Below are positions 28,769-40,400 of a stretch of DNA of 64,000 nucleotides, piece by piece. How positions within the stretch are numbered: the first letter of the stretch is position 1; every line of letters begins with the position of its first letter. The translations under genes and the position numbers were made by a program. The notes under the pieces are model-generated. The model had not been told where the DNA came from. It worked only from the letters and a program-made list of their open reading frames with translations, and did not search any database. The DNA is taken from the IMG/VR virus record IMGVR_UViG_3300046167_000801. One strand, written 5' to 3'. Source of the DNA: a virus (Duplodnaviria > Caudoviricetes).

Positions 28769-30001
28769 TTACTTTTTTATAATTGATTTTAAAAATTCCA
28801 CTCTATCCTTAGAAACAGTGGCGAGTGAATATTTTACCTTTACTGTTTCATATAGTTTATTACCTAAGTCTTCTATCATATTAGGGTTGTCTATTAGTTT
28901 CTTCATATGTTTACCCCACTGTTTGTGGTTTTTATTTGTCGATACTAATAAGGAATTACCTTTAGGATTAATTCCACCACCTCGTTCAACCGAAGAAACT
29001 AAATCAATAAGATAAGGGTCTTCTTCTGTTGCAATAATGGCCTTCTTATGAAATCCCGCTTCAATCACCTTTAGTTGTGATTTATTAGAATTAAATTCGG
29101 ATTTAACTAATGGGGCTAAAGACACATCAAAATAGTTGTAATTAGATGCGTACTTATTTATATCCATTGTCCATCTACGAACATAAGGTTGATTTAATTC
29201 TTCAGGGAATTGCGTTTGTGTAAATGTCTGTAAATGGTTCTTATAATTTTCGGAAACAGATTTATAATCATTAGTGAATATTTTTTCATACTTATACCAT
29301 ACAGTTTCCGTAGGTTTAATTGGTCTTTCTGACATCTCCCCTGTTTGACGGTTTATGGTTTTCATATTACCTCGTAAATCAAACCCACACAACACAAATT
29401 GACTTTTATCTTTGTATTGTTGAGTAATCGTGGAGATACCACTTTTAATTAATTCAAGATCATATAAGTGGGAAGACCCACCTAACCAACCAAATCTAAC
29501 TAAGTCAGATTTCAATGGTTTTGGTTGAAATTGAGATTCCTTTTCGTTTACTGCATTTGGAAAAACCGAAACATTCTTTATCCCTAAAAGACTTTTAATT
29601 GTTTTTTGGTAAATAGGTGTTGTGGTTGTAACGTAATCCGATTTCTTAAGTAAATCTGCACGGGCCTTACTATAACCATTTCTTTTAAATGTTTCGTAGT
29701 TTGGATGTCTATGATCCACCCTCCAAAAATCGTCAATATCCATAACAACTTTAATACCTTCTTTCCTTAACCAATCGATACGATCTAAATTTAATTGGGT
29801 ATTACCTCTGTGTATGAATGAGTGAAAATATACAATATCGTAATTTTCGAAGAACTTATTTTCATTAGGTACGTCGAATACAAGATCAACATGTACTTCA
29901 TCGGAATGGTTATCACCAATATAAGTAAATGGATCTATGATTCTATATTTCCCAACACCGTGACTATCTGACGGAATTGCGAGTACTCTAACTTTTGACA
30001 T
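28769..30001 (-). CDS. Glycosyltransferase, GT-B fold (GT4-like)
   Basis: GVGKYRI, VMDIDD, FGWLGGSSHLYDL, DVSLAPL and KSQLKVIEAG motifs. Confidence 0.85.
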   Translation of the reverse strand: MSKVRVLAIPSDSHGVGKYRIIDPFTYIGDNHSDEVHVDLVFDVPNENKFFENYDIVYFHSFIHRGNTQLNLDRIDWLRKEGIKVVMDIDDFWRVDHRHPNYETFKRNGYSKARADLLKKSDYVTTTTPIYQKTIKSLLGIKNVSVFPNAVNEKESQFQPKPLKSDLVRFGWLGGSSHLYDLELIKSGISTITQQYKDKSQFVLCGFDLRGNMKTINRQTGEMSERPIKPTETVWYKYEKIFTNDYKSVSENYKNHLQTFTQTQFPEELNQPYVRRWTMDINKYASNYNYFDVSLAPLVKSEFNSNKSQLKVIEAGFHKKAIIATEEDPYLIDLVSSVERGGGINPKGNSLLVSTNKNHKQWGKHMKKLIDNPNMIEDLGNKLYETVKVKYSLATVSKDRVEFLKSIIKK

Positions 30002-30053
30002 ATATTATTGTTATATATCAAAATATAAGAAAAAAATATGATGAAATCAATCC

Positions 30054-30659
30054 TTACTTAGACTTATTTACTCCAGTAATTTTACCTTTGAATATTGAGT
30101 CCCCTACTTTAAGTACTAAGGTTTCGTTAATTGACGCGGTTTTAGATGCCGTTAAAATTAATTCTAATTTTCGGTCGACAATTTCTTCTAAAGTGTCTTT
30201 GATGGTTTCTTTTATAAGTGATTGAAGATCCGAGTTATTAGGACTTTCCGAAATTACTTGTTTAGTATTAGGTGTTGATTTTTTAGGTGACGACATTCCC
30301 TCTTTTTCCATTAATTTTTTTGCACCTTCTAATAAACCCATATCTAAACCGTCGCCTAACGAAATTTGATCCATAGTAGGTATTGGGTTGTTAATCATAG
30401 CTTGTTTTATTGAATCGGGTAATTTAGAATTATTAATCTTGTCCTCATTTACCACATTAGTGGCAACGTTTCTTGTGTTTGGTTTCTTTTCTATTTGGGA
30501 TACCGCATCACTGGCATTTTGTTGTAAAACAGATTCATCTATATTACCTTTAGTGTAGTCCCCACCATCAACCTTAGTCATAACTTTTTTAGCGTTAACT
30601 AATTTAGTCATAAGATCCTCCGCACTTATAGGTTTTGTATTTAATTGAGTATTTGACAT
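30054..30659 (-). CDS. Hypothetical protein
   Basis: 201-aa ORF. Confidence 0.7.
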   Translation of the reverse strand: MSNTQLNTKPISAEDLMTKLVNAKKVMTKVDGGDYTKGNIDESVLQQNASDAVSQIEKKPNTRNVATNVVNEDKINNSKLPDSIKQAMINNPIPTMDQISLGDGLDMGLLEGAKKLMEKEGMSSPKKSTPNTKQVISESPNNSDLQSLIKETIKDTLEEIVDRKLELILTASKTASINETLVLKVGDSIFKGKITGVNKSK

Positions 30660-30695
30660 TGTGTTATAATTTATTAAAATATAGACTTTTATTTT

Positions 30696-31403
30696 TTATT
30701 TATAAAGTAATCTTTTAATTCTCTTTATGTTCTCATTCAAACCATCGTAATCATTTGTTTCATCCTCTTCCTCCTCATCTGAATCATCAATTACGGGTGG
30801 TTCTATACTTGGTTTATTTTCAGGTTCGGGACTTGGTAATTCATCACTTTGTGGTTCTATAGAAGTTGGTTCTACTTGTTGAGGTTCTACGGATGGTTCT
30901 ACTTGTTGAGGTTGTGGTTCAGTTTGTTGAGGTTGTGGTTGTGGTTCAGTTTGTTGGGGTTCTGCGGATGGTTCAGTATCCTTAGTTACTTGAGGTATTT
31001 CTGACCAATCGGATGTCACGTATGTTGTTGACATTGATTTATCATCACCTTCCTTATATCCCGGTCTTTTTGTGTCAAAAGTTTCTTGATCAAATATCTC
31101 TACTTGACTTAACCTAGAAACCATAAATGTCCTCCAATTATTTTTACTAAATCCCGTCTTTGATCTTGACGGGGGTTGCACCCAACCTCTAATGATCATG
31201 TTTCCTTTTTTAGATAGTCCTAATGCGACTACCTCCACTTTTACTCTACGTCCGGCCTGAACTTGATCTCTTGGTCCATTATAAAAAAAACTTATTGGGT
31301 TTCTTTTTTTAATTGCATTAGCCAACGCTTTAGGTTTTGACGCTAATTTTGGTTCAGATTGTTCACCTATTAAAAACTTATATATATCTTTAAATAATTT
31401 CAT
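30696..31403 (-). CDS. WYL-domain protein without HTH, with Q/P/E-rich tail
   Basis: AIKKRNPISFFY...R.KVEVVALG...IRGW...WRTFMVSRLSQVEI...TF matches the WYL domain layout. Confidence 0.7.
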   Translation of the reverse strand: MKLFKDIYKFLIGEQSEPKLASKPKALANAIKKRNPISFFYNGPRDQVQAGRRVKVEVVALGLSKKGNMIIRGWVQPPSRSKTGFSKNNWRTFMVSRLSQVEIFDQETFDTKRPGYKEGDDKSMSTTYVTSDWSEIPQVTKDTEPSAEPQQTEPQPQPQQTEPQPQQVEPSVEPQQVEPTSIEPQSDELPSPEPENKPSIEPPVIDDSDEEEEDETNDYDGLNENIKRIKRLLYK

Positions 31404-32347
31404 TAAAAATCGGGATAACCACTATTACCACTATATTGGTTCCTTGCAATACTTTGGTTTCTTTCGTTTATATCTTTTGATGTACCTACACTATTATTGT
31501 TTTCTGCTCTACCTTTTTCATCGCCATCAGAAATTGCATTAGGGTGTACTAAACTATATGAATTGTTTTCATCATATATGTTTCTTGCTTGATTATCTAA
31601 ACGATTATTTATATCGGTTTGTGAACCAACCTGATTATTATTTTCACCTTTACCTAAGTCATCTCCGTCCGACAATGCATTAGGATGATTCACACCATAC
31701 CCATTTAAATCATTACTGTATTTGTTTTGTGCAATTATTGCCGCTCTTGTATTGATGTCAGTTATAGATCCAACCATTTGGTTATTCTCACCTTTACCTA
31801 ATTCATCTCCATCAGATATTGCGTTAGGGTGGTTTACACCATAACCATTACTTGAGTTGTATGAGTTTCTAGATACATTATCCACTCTTGTTTGATTATC
31901 TGTTAATCCACCAACTTTTCCGTCATTCTCTCCTTTACCTAACTCATCCCCATCAGAAATTGCGTTGGGGTGATTAATACCGTAACCGTTATCAGAGTTG
32001 TATGAGTTTCTTTTTATGTGTTCTTGTCTTTGATTTTGGTCGGTTATTGTACCTACTTCACCATTTCTCTCACCTCTACCAAACTCATCTCCATCAGATA
32101 ATGCGTTTGTGTTTTCAATACCATAACCAAAGTTAGGACCATATTTATTTCTACCTAAGGAATCAATTCTTGTGTTAATATCTGTACTTGAACCGACTTT
32201 ACCATTATTTTCTCCTTTACCTTTATCGTCCCCATCAGAAATTGCGTTGGAATGGTTAGAATCATAACTCTTTGTTTTTTGGTAATCATTTCTTGACATT
32301 GATTCGTCTAAAAATTGTTTTGATATTTTTTCTATTTGACTTGCCAT
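31403..32347 (-). CDS. Protein made of six 47-aa tandem repeats
   Basis: Six NA[IL]SDGD[DE]xG[KR][GA]E repeats with a period of 47-48 aa (about 141 bp). Confidence 0.85.
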   Translation of the reverse strand: MASQIEKISKQFLDESMSRNDYQKTKSYDSNHSNAISDGDDKGKGENNGKVGSSTDINTRIDSLGRNKYGPNFGYGIENTNALSDGDEFGRGERNGEVGTITDQNQRQEHIKRNSYNSDNGYGINHPNAISDGDELGKGENDGKVGGLTDNQTRVDNVSRNSYNSSNGYGVNHPNAISDGDELGKGENNQMVGSITDINTRAAIIAQNKYSNDLNGYGVNHPNALSDGDDLGKGENNNQVGSQTDINNRLDNQARNIYDENNSYSLVHPNAISDGDEKGRAENNNSVGTSKDINERNQSIARNQYSGNSGYPDF

Positions 32348-32838
32348 TATAATAATTTTTTAATTCTCTCAACATCCTCAAAAATACCTAACGATGAAAT
32401 GGGACTAACTGAAGTTTTATCTGAGTTAGATTTCATCATATTTCTTGGGATTGAGTAATTTGTTTTCTTATCGTGTTTCGATAGGTAAGGGTTTTTTCTT
32501 ATGTCATCCAATTGTGCAATATTGTCTGCCCTTTTTTTAGATTCTTTATTGTTTTTAATAAGGTTTCTTTCTCCGTTTAAAAACTTTTTACACCATTCTA
32601 ACATTTTATCTCCCCCCGCCAGATGAAATTGGTTGTGGTCACTCTCTTTATCCATGTTCTCTAAATCATGAATAATTCTTTTTGCTTGACCATAAGTAAT
32701 ATTCTTAGTTCTAAGTAAATTCTTAGCCCGTTGTGTACCGTCTATCGTCTTATCACTTAATGAGTTAAAAAACTTAAGTATATAATCACAAATATCTTCA
32801 GGTACTTTAAAAACCCTATCTTTAAGATCTCTATTCAT
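32347..32838 (-). CDS. Hypothetical protein
   Basis: 163-aa ORF ending FEDVERIKKLL. Confidence 0.7.
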   Translation of the reverse strand: MNRDLKDRVFKVPEDICDYILKFFNSLSDKTIDGTQRAKNLLRTKNITYGQAKRIIHDLENMDKESDHNQFHLAGGDKMLEWCKKFLNGERNLIKNNKESKKRADNIAQLDDIRKNPYLSKHDKKTNYSIPRNMMKSNSDKTSVSPISSLGIFEDVERIKKLL

Positions 32839-33571
32839 TATCGTCTAGTAATTTAGTTATATCTGATACGTTTAAATTATTTTTCTTTAATGATCTTTTT
32901 AAGGAATCTAATTGTCTTTTTAAGATTGGGTTAATTTCTTTTTCACTATCATTAACAATCTCTTTGTGATCACTTTTCTTAGAAAGAACTGTCTCAACGT
33001 AATCTTTCATGAATTTTTTTGGGTTCTCCACAAGTCTGACTTTATCCTCGGGTAATTTTTCGTCATATCCCATTGATTCTAATCTTTTCATTGCATCATC
33101 ATGAGTTAATCCTAATTCACCCGTAAAATGTTTATATGCCTTTTTAAAGTTTTCGTCGTCACCTAACGTATCATCATAACCTAACGATTTAGTTAAATCA
33201 CTTTCAGCCCAATATCTAAGTGAGGTATGTGTTCCGTGAACACCATGTGTTCCCTGTGAACCACCAACCGCCTTAGCCGTTTTATCTGTTGTTTTCTTTG
33301 ATGTTATTCCTTTAGCGTGAAAGTCGGATGCTTTACCACCTCTTTTGATATTTCCTTTTGCATCTACTATCTCATCAACATCACCCTCTTTTTCAGCAAC
33401 TTCAGGAATTTTTTCAAAGTCAGTGTCCTTAGACATTTCGTCCGCCATTTTCTTCCACTTAGCTCTTTCTTTTTTAGTTAGACTCTCATCATTGGCCTTT
33501 GCATAGAAAAAACCTTGTTGTTTTTTAGAGGTAAATTTCTCTTCTATTACCTGTTTTATAAAATTATTCAT
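32831..33571 (-). CDS. Hypothetical protein
   Basis: Likely start at ATG 33571 (MNNFIKQVIEE), below the TATTTATA motif at 33587-33594. Confidence 0.65.
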   Translation of the reverse strand: MNNFIKQVIEEKFTSKKQQGFFYAKANDESLTKKERAKWKKMADEMSKDTDFEKIPEVAEKEGDVDEIVDAKGNIKRGGKASDFHAKGITSKKTTDKTAKAVGGSQGTHGVHGTHTSLRYWAESDLTKSLGYDDTLGDDENFKKAYKHFTGELGLTHDDAMKRLESMGYDEKLPEDKVRLVENPKKFMKDYVETVLSKKSDHKEIVNDSEKEINPILKRQLDSLKRSLKKNNLNVSDITKLLDDNE

Positions 33572-33586
33572 AGAAAGTTGTTTTAT

Positions 33587-33619
33587 TATAAATATCAAAT
33601 GTTATGAAAGATATTTATA
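33587..33619. promoter_or_regulatory. Divergent pair of late-promoter motifs
   Basis: TATAAATA at 33587-33594 (TATTTATA on -) and TATTTATA at 33612-33619 (+). Confidence 0.6.
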
Positions 33620-33624
33620 AGAGT

Positions 33625-36393
33625 ATGAATAGTCAAGATATTTTAAGGAATTTAGGTATTAGTGTCGATGTTGTCCTCGATAATTCGGAGACTTACGATT
33701 ATGAAATTGCGGGGTTTAACAACGATTATGACCCTAAATTGTTGGATTTTGGTAATTCTATCACCTTTGACACACCTATAAAAAAAGATTTAAGTGATGA
33801 CGATTCTACTATAGAAAATATCAAACTTTGTGAGTTCGATAATACAGTAAATGACCCAAACTACATTTATTCAGGTTTAACTGTTACATTTAATTATGAT
33901 GATTTTACTGATCATTTTAATATTTTGGATAGTGAAGGAAATATTATACATGACTATGAAAATTTTATTTTAAACAATGATCTTTTTACATACACGGGAA
34001 TAACTGATGAAACACATTACTTTTTTATATGTGAGTATCCCGATAGTGCAACACCGACACCAACGGCCACAATAGAACCAACAAGTACCCCAACTCCAAC
34101 ACCTACAAGTACGGAAACTCCTACACCGACGGAAAGTAGTACGCCAACACCTACACCAACAGACACTCCATTACCTACAAGTACAGAAACCCCCACACCA
34201 ACATCTACGGAGACACCAGTACCTACAAGTACAGTAGAACCAACACCTACGAGTACAGTAGAACCAACACCTACGAGTACGGAGACACCAACACCTACAG
34301 ATACACCTATTCCAACTAGTACGGAAACTCCAACACCTACAGATACACCTATTCCAACTGCAACCAATACACCTACACCTACGAGTACTGAAACACCAAC
34401 TCCAACGGAAAGTAGTACACCTACACCTACGAGTACTGAAACACCAACTCCAACACCAACACCTACGGGGTATACCACAACTTTAAATGTGAGTACTGTT
34501 CAAAAATTCACACCATCACTTTCAGGGTTAACTTTATGGTATGCTGAGGTTACACAATCATACGTTAACAATCAAAATCAATACGACGCTACATTGAATT
34601 GGATTGAGGTAGGAACCTTTAACCCAATTGGTGACTGTTCACAGGGAAGTGGTCCTTCAAATACTCTCAGTATCATTTTATCGGGAGATCATTTGAGTTT
34701 CATTTATACATTAATCCATTTTAGAGACTCTAACGGAACCGTTATATATGGTTCTCGAATGTCGTCCTTATGTAATTACAGTTGGCAAAACGAATACCAC
34801 AAGAAGTCAGCTTCACAGATATTGAACACGAACCCAAGTTACAATTTACAATTTTCAATATATTCAAACACTCTATCACTTGTACCACCAACACCAACAG
34901 ACACACCAGTACCTACAAGTACTGAGACCCCTACCCCTACACCTACGGACACACCAGTACCTACAAGTACTGAGACTCCTACACCTACGGAAAGTAGTAC
35001 TCCAACACCTACACCAACAGATACTCCAGTACCTACAAGTACAGAAACACCTACACCAACGGCAACTGTAGAACCCACACCTACGGATACTCCTATTCCA
35101 ACTAGTACTGAAACTCCTACACCAACACCTACGGACACACCAGTACCAACTAGTACTGAAACTCCAACTCCAACACCTACGGATACACCAGTACCAACTA
35201 GTACTGAAACTCCAACTCCAACACCTACGGATACACCAGTACCAACTAGTACTGAAACTCCAACTCCAACACCTACGGATACACCTATTCCAACAAGCAC
35301 TGAGACTCCTACCCCTACACCTACGGATACACCAGTACCTACAAGCACTGAGACTCCTACCCCTACACCTACGGATACACCTATTCCAACTGCAACCAAT
35401 ACACCTACTCCTACACCTACGGATACTCCTATTCCAACTAGTACTGAAACACCAACACCAACAGCAACAGTAGAACCTACACCAACAGATACTCCTACTC
35501 CTACGAGTACGGAAACCCCAACACCTACACCGACAGACACACCAGTACCAACAGCAACAGTAGAACCTACACCTACAAGTACCCCCATTCCGACTAGTAC
35601 ACCTGTACCTAGCCCAACACCAACTCCAACAGTAAATTTATGGATTCCAACACCTGACGCTTGGTTTGATGCGTCAGACACATCAAGTTACACGCTGTCC
35701 GGATCAAACCTTACTTCAGTAACTGATAAGGCGGGTAATTTTAACATGAATGTGGATGGAACCCCGACAAGGGTTTCTAATGGATTAAATAATAAAAATG
35801 TGTGGGATTTTAACGGAAGTGAAAGTTTGATCAGTACAAACAGTGGTCCATACTCAAGTGGTGGTAATCATTGGGCAATAGGTGTATACCAATTTCATAC
35901 CACAACGTCAACAAAAGATTCTTTTTGGAGTGCGGACGGTAATAGAACTTACGCGATAAGTAGTAGTAATAGTAGTAATAATTGGTACGGTGAAATTGAT
36001 TATGATGGTAGTAACAGTATTGTTAGTGGTAAGGCCAGAAATACTTTCACACAAGGTATTAACCAATCTACATGGGCAATAGTTGCGGTAATTGCAAACA
36101 AAACCGATAATGAGTTTTATGGTAGACTAAATGGAAGTATCAAAACTCATGTAGACGTTTATAATAATTCAATGAATACCAATTGTACTGATCTACGTAT
36201 GATGAGAAATAGGTCGGGAGTAAAATTAGACGGAAGAATGGCAGAGTACTTCCATTTTGCATCCTACGTAGGTGGAGACACTAATAACTACAGTGAAGTG
36301 TGGAAGGCAGAGGGGTACTTAGCACATAAGTGGGGACTAACAAGTCTTTTACCGTCTAACCACCCGTATAAGAATAGTCCACCCACAACATAA
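33625..36393 (+). CDS. Pro/Thr-rich fibre protein with C-terminal LamG/ConA-like domain
   Basis: Two long (TP)n mucin-like tracts; C-terminal WFDASD...DKAGN...[17 protein letters not shown]. Start moved to 33625 because the promoter motif lies at 33612-33619. Confidence 0.75.
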   Translation: MNSQDILRNLGISVDVVLDNSETYDYEIAGFNNDYDPKLLDFGNSITFDTPIKKDLSDDDSTIENIKLCEFDNTVNDPNYIYSGLTVTFNYDDFTDHFNILDSEGNIIHDYENFILNNDLFTYTGITDETHYFFICEYPDSATPTPTATIEPTSTPTPTPTSTETPTPTESSTPTPTPTDTPLPTSTETPTPTSTETPVPTSTVEPTPTSTVEPTPTSTETPTPTDTPIPTSTETPTPTDTPIPTATNTPTPTSTETPTPTESSTPTPTSTETPTPTPTPTGYTTTLNVSTVQKFTPSLSGLTLWYAEVTQSYVNNQNQYDATLNWIEVGTFNPIGDCSQGSGPSNTLSIILSGDHLSFIYTLIHFRDSNGTVIYGSRMSSLCNYSWQNEYHKKSASQILNTNPSYNLQFSIYSNTLSLVPPTPTDTPVPTSTETPTPTPTDTPVPTSTETPTPTESSTPTPTPTDTPVPTSTETPTPTATVEPTPTDTPIPTSTETPTPTPTDTPVPTSTETPTPTPTDTPVPTSTETPTPTPTDTPVPTSTETPTPTPTDTPIPTSTETPTPTPTDTPVPTSTETPTPTPTDTPIPTATNTPTPTPTDTPIPTSTETPTPTATVEPTPTDTPTPTSTETPTPTPTDTPVPTATVEPTPTSTPIPTSTPVPSPTPTPTVNLWIPTPDAWFDASDTSSYTLSGSNLTSVTDKAGNFNMNVDGTPTRVSNGLNNKNVWDFNGSESLISTNSGPYSSGGNHWAIGVYQFHTTTSTKDSFWSADGNRTYAISSSNSSNNWYGEIDYDGSNSIVSGKARNTFTQGINQSTWAIVAVIANKTDNEFYGRLNGSIKTHVDVYNNSMNTNCTDLRMMRNRSGVKLDGRMAEYFHFASYVGGDTNNYSEVWKAEGYLAHKWGLTSLLPSNHPYKNSPPTT
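35140..35283 (+). repeat. Three exact 48-bp tandem repeats ([16 protein letters not shown]) within a degenerate array
   Basis: ccagtaccaactagtactgaaactccaactccaacacctacggataca at 35140, 35188 and 35236. Confidence 0.9.
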
Positions 36394-36451
36394 TTTTAAT
36401 TCTTTATCTGAATATAACTAATGTTTTTACTATTTATATAGAAAAGTAAAA

Positions 36452-37474
36452 ATGTCATTAGAGATCACAGGTTTTTCAACTAACTTAATTGAATGCAGTA
36501 GTAAACTCGCAGGTGATTGTTGCCCAATAGACAGTACCTTGGATGTAAGACCTTGGGCCTACGAAATTAACAAACATGGTGGAACCGATTCGTGTGATTA
36601 TATAATTAAAAGACGACCTGAAAAGGGGTGGACACTCGACTTTGTTTTTAACAGAGAAGAGTTACCGTGGTCTGTTGGTAGTGTTTTTTACTTTTTTGGT
36701 GTGAGGGATGAAAATAATCCATCACTATACGCGGATAACAATCTCTCTTTTGGTTTTACCTCTGATGGAAGAATACAATGGAATGCTTACAGATATTCGG
36801 GTAGTTGTGTTAATGATTCATATAAAGAAACTTTTTATATAGATTCTGGTGTAACCCCAATACTTTGTGAAAATGGAACATCAAAAGATTTTAACATAAC
36901 AATTGTTTTTGATAGACACTTAAGACTCACAGAGTGTGATATTCCTAATACGGGTGGTTGGAATGATTTAATAACAGGAGATACGATTACAAACGCAATG
37001 GATATCGTACTCTCAGGTGCAACCGAACAAAACCAATATATAGAAGAACTAAATAAAGATTGGAACGACGAAAGATATGCAAGATTAGGTACATTAAAAA
37101 TATACCTCAATGGTTGGCCAATATATAAAATAGATAATTGGGAGGAAATTATACCATCTAATAGAGGTTTTCAACCGTTCATTCAATCATGGGGTGGTGG
37201 AACAACAGGATCTGGAGGTGTACATACGGGTGTTACAGGTTTTAATTTAAAACGAATTAAATATATAGAGGAACCCCTTAATGCATTACAAGTAAAACAT
37301 CATTACATAACATCAACTAAACCTCTATTTGATATTATTGAATGTCAAGATAGGTGTGAGGAGAAAGAAATATTACCTTTTAGTGAAAGGACAGTACATT
37401 ACGAAGACGACTCGGATGGGGACGGTGAGAGAGACATAATTTATACAGAAGGTGAAGACATATTAATAATATAA
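36452..37474 (+). CDS. Probable virion protein, beta-sandwich/LamG-like
   Basis: 340-aa beta-rich ORF inside the fibre cassette; late motif at 36431-36438. Confidence 0.6.
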   Translation: MSLEITGFSTNLIECSSKLAGDCCPIDSTLDVRPWAYEINKHGGTDSCDYIIKRRPEKGWTLDFVFNREELPWSVGSVFYFFGVRDENNPSLYADNNLSFGFTSDGRIQWNAYRYSGSCVNDSYKETFYIDSGVTPILCENGTSKDFNITIVFDRHLRLTECDIPNTGGWNDLITGDTITNAMDIVLSGATEQNQYIEELNKDWNDERYARLGTLKIYLNGWPIYKIDNWEEIIPSNRGFQPFIQSWGGGTTGSGGVHTGVTGFNLKRIKYIEEPLNALQVKHHYITSTKPLFDIIECQDRCEEKEILPFSERTVHYEDDSDGDGERDIIYTEGEDILII

Positions 37475-37487
37475 AATATTTATAATA

Positions 37488-40400
37488 ATGGCATTTAGAA
37501 GAATATCAGATTTAAGTTCAAGTTTACAACCATCAGGTGATGGTATAATACCGATTTCGGAGGGTGGAAAAACCTACGGAATCACTTTAGACACTATTAA
37601 AGGTCAGATTGAAGGGGTATTAACCTCAAGTTTCACTGACAGTTCATCTCATGGAGAGTTAAGTTCTTCGGTAGATAATAATAGTACATCAATAGACTCC
37701 CTAAATCAATTTACATCGTCTGCCGATGGTAGATTAAATTCAATAGAAACCTTTACGGGTAGTTTGGATGATACTTTCGCCACAGATTTAGAAGTAACAC
37801 AACTCAGAAATTACTTTAATTCTTATACTTCTTCTGCCAATAATATTCTTCAAGACCATGAAGTACAGAGGTGGTTACATGGTGAAAGGTTAACAAGTAT
37901 AGAAACCTTTACAGGAAGTTTATCGAACACAGTCAATGATATAATCAATATTGAAGGTAGGTTAGACTCAATAGAGGTAGAGAGTGGATCTATTAGATCA
38001 GATTTTAATTCATTTACCTCATCTTTTTTATTAATATCCGAATCTTTCGATCAAAGGATTTCGGCATTAGAAAATCCTGGTTCCACACCATCACCGACAG
38101 CGACACCCGTACCACCAACATCAACCCCTGTTCCAACAGCAACAGTAGAACCAACACCAACACCTGAACCTTTACAACCAACTCCAACATCAACAGTAGA
38201 ACCAACAGCAACAGTAGAACCAACACCAACAGCAACGGTAGAACCTACACCAACGCCTGAACCTTTACAACCTACACCGACACCAACATCCACTCAAGGA
38301 CCATCACCTACAGCAACAGTAGAACCAACCGCAACTCCTGTACCGACACCAACACCTACGGTAGAACCAACACCAACACCAACGGTAGAACCAACACCGA
38401 CACCCACATCAACACCTGAACCTCCCGTATTAGAAAGTATTTCAAGAATAAGTAATTTACAGGTTGAATCTGGCGGTATATGGGATAATGGTAACAACGC
38501 GACGTATTATTTCAATACTGATAACAATGCATCAACAAATCTTGGAGATGTAACTTGTTATTTTACTCAGTTGATATTAAATAACCCAAATCAGTATTAT
38601 GCCTCTGGTAATAACTCATACAAGATCTCAGGCTCAACTATGCAGGTGGGGTCACAAATGTATAAATCTAACGGTGATCCAGAAGATTATGTTTTTAAAT
38701 CAATAATTCATGATGGTAACGCGTTTAACGATAACTTTACTCATGGGAATACAATAACATATTACGAGACAGACGGTAATGGGGTTATAACGTACATAAC
38801 AAATCACACAATTTGTTCTCAAAGTACCCCAACTCCAACGGCAACAGAAGTTATAGAACCAACACCAACACCAACGGTAGAACCAACAAGTACCCCTGTG
38901 CCTAGTCCAACACCTAATGAAGGACCTCAACCTACACCAACACCAACGGAACAACCTGAGGCCACACCAACAGCAACTCCTGTTGGTCCAACAAGTACTC
39001 CCGTACCTAATCCGACACCAACGAGTACTACGAACATACAAGATATAAGTTTAACCCTCTATATCAATAATGATGGTGGTGTGAATCCATGGTCTGGTGG
39101 TGCAACGTACAGTGAAGTTCGAGATCATTTATGTACTTATGGAGCGACAAATGCTAACGGGACCACAAGACAAACTGATGGTGATCCTAACAACCCACAA
39201 ACAGGTGATAGATTTTATGCTGGTGGGTTTCCTTTAGAACCTTTTGGTAGAAAATTTTTAAAATATTATCCAGACATGACCGATGTTGCAAATTGGAAAT
39301 GGATAGATGTGGATAATAGTGGTTACATAACGGTTTCAGGGTTTACATGTAATGACCCTACACCAACACCGACAGTAGAACCAACAGCAACTCCTGAACC
39401 TTTACAACCTACACCAACACCAACTGTAGAACCAACAAGTACTCCTTCACCTAACCCAACGGCAACAGTTGCACCAACTGCGACACCAAACCAAACACCA
39501 GAACCTGATCCACCGACTTACTCTTTGAGTAGTACTAATTACGGTGCTGAGGGGAGTAATTTAACATTTACATTAACAACCACTGGATTACAGGATGGTG
39601 TCATAGTTCCATTTACATTAAGTGGTACTGCGACAATAGGTGACGATTATTCTGATGTTAACCCAAAAGAATTTGAAATTACCAACAATTCGTCGACGTA
39701 CACGGTAACAACATTCCAAGATAATATAACAGACGGGGGTGACGAAACAATTATATTGACATTAGATACAGTTGACAATCAAGGAAATTATACGGGTAGT
39801 ATAGGTAGAACCGCCTTTATTGGAGATACGTCTCTTACACCAACCCAAACACCTCAACCAACATCTACTCAAGGACCAACACCGACATCAACGGTAGAAC
39901 CCTACACCAACACCGGCACCATCTACTCCAACACCAACACCAACAGTTTCTTTAACGTGTTTAGATGGTGATAACGATAATACCGTAAACTATAGTGAAG
40001 TTCAATTTGGAGCGGGTAATTATTATATTTTTAATGGGAACTACGACACGTACCACACAAATACGGGGACTTATCTATTGAAGAATGTATCTATTAATCA
40101 CCCAATAACAGTATTAAATAGTGGTAAGGAAAGTCTAATTTATGTTGATGGTACACATGCAGGAAATAAGGTAGGTTCTGATGGAAATACGTATAGTTAT
40201 TACTACGGAGACGTAACCATAACTGTCCAAGGAAACTATGGAACGGTAAGTTATGAATGTTACTACCATGGGTATATGGGTGGTCAGGATAATCTTGTAT
40301 TCAGTAATACATGTTCGGTATCCCCAACACCCACACCAACTAGTACGGTTGAGCCTACGGCAACACCAGTACCACCAACATCAACTCCCGCACCAACACC

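Noticed and set aside
31403-32347. CRISPR-like array suggested by the about 141-bp periodicity
   Set aside because: The repeats are in-frame protein repeats with synonymous divergence, not identical repeats with unique spacers.
34017-39041. Long minus-strand Val/Gly-rich ORFs (34017-34478, 34839-35681, 38051-38293, 38294-38497, 38700-39041)
   Set aside because: They are antisense shadows of Thr/Pro codon repeats, which lack stops on the opposite strand.
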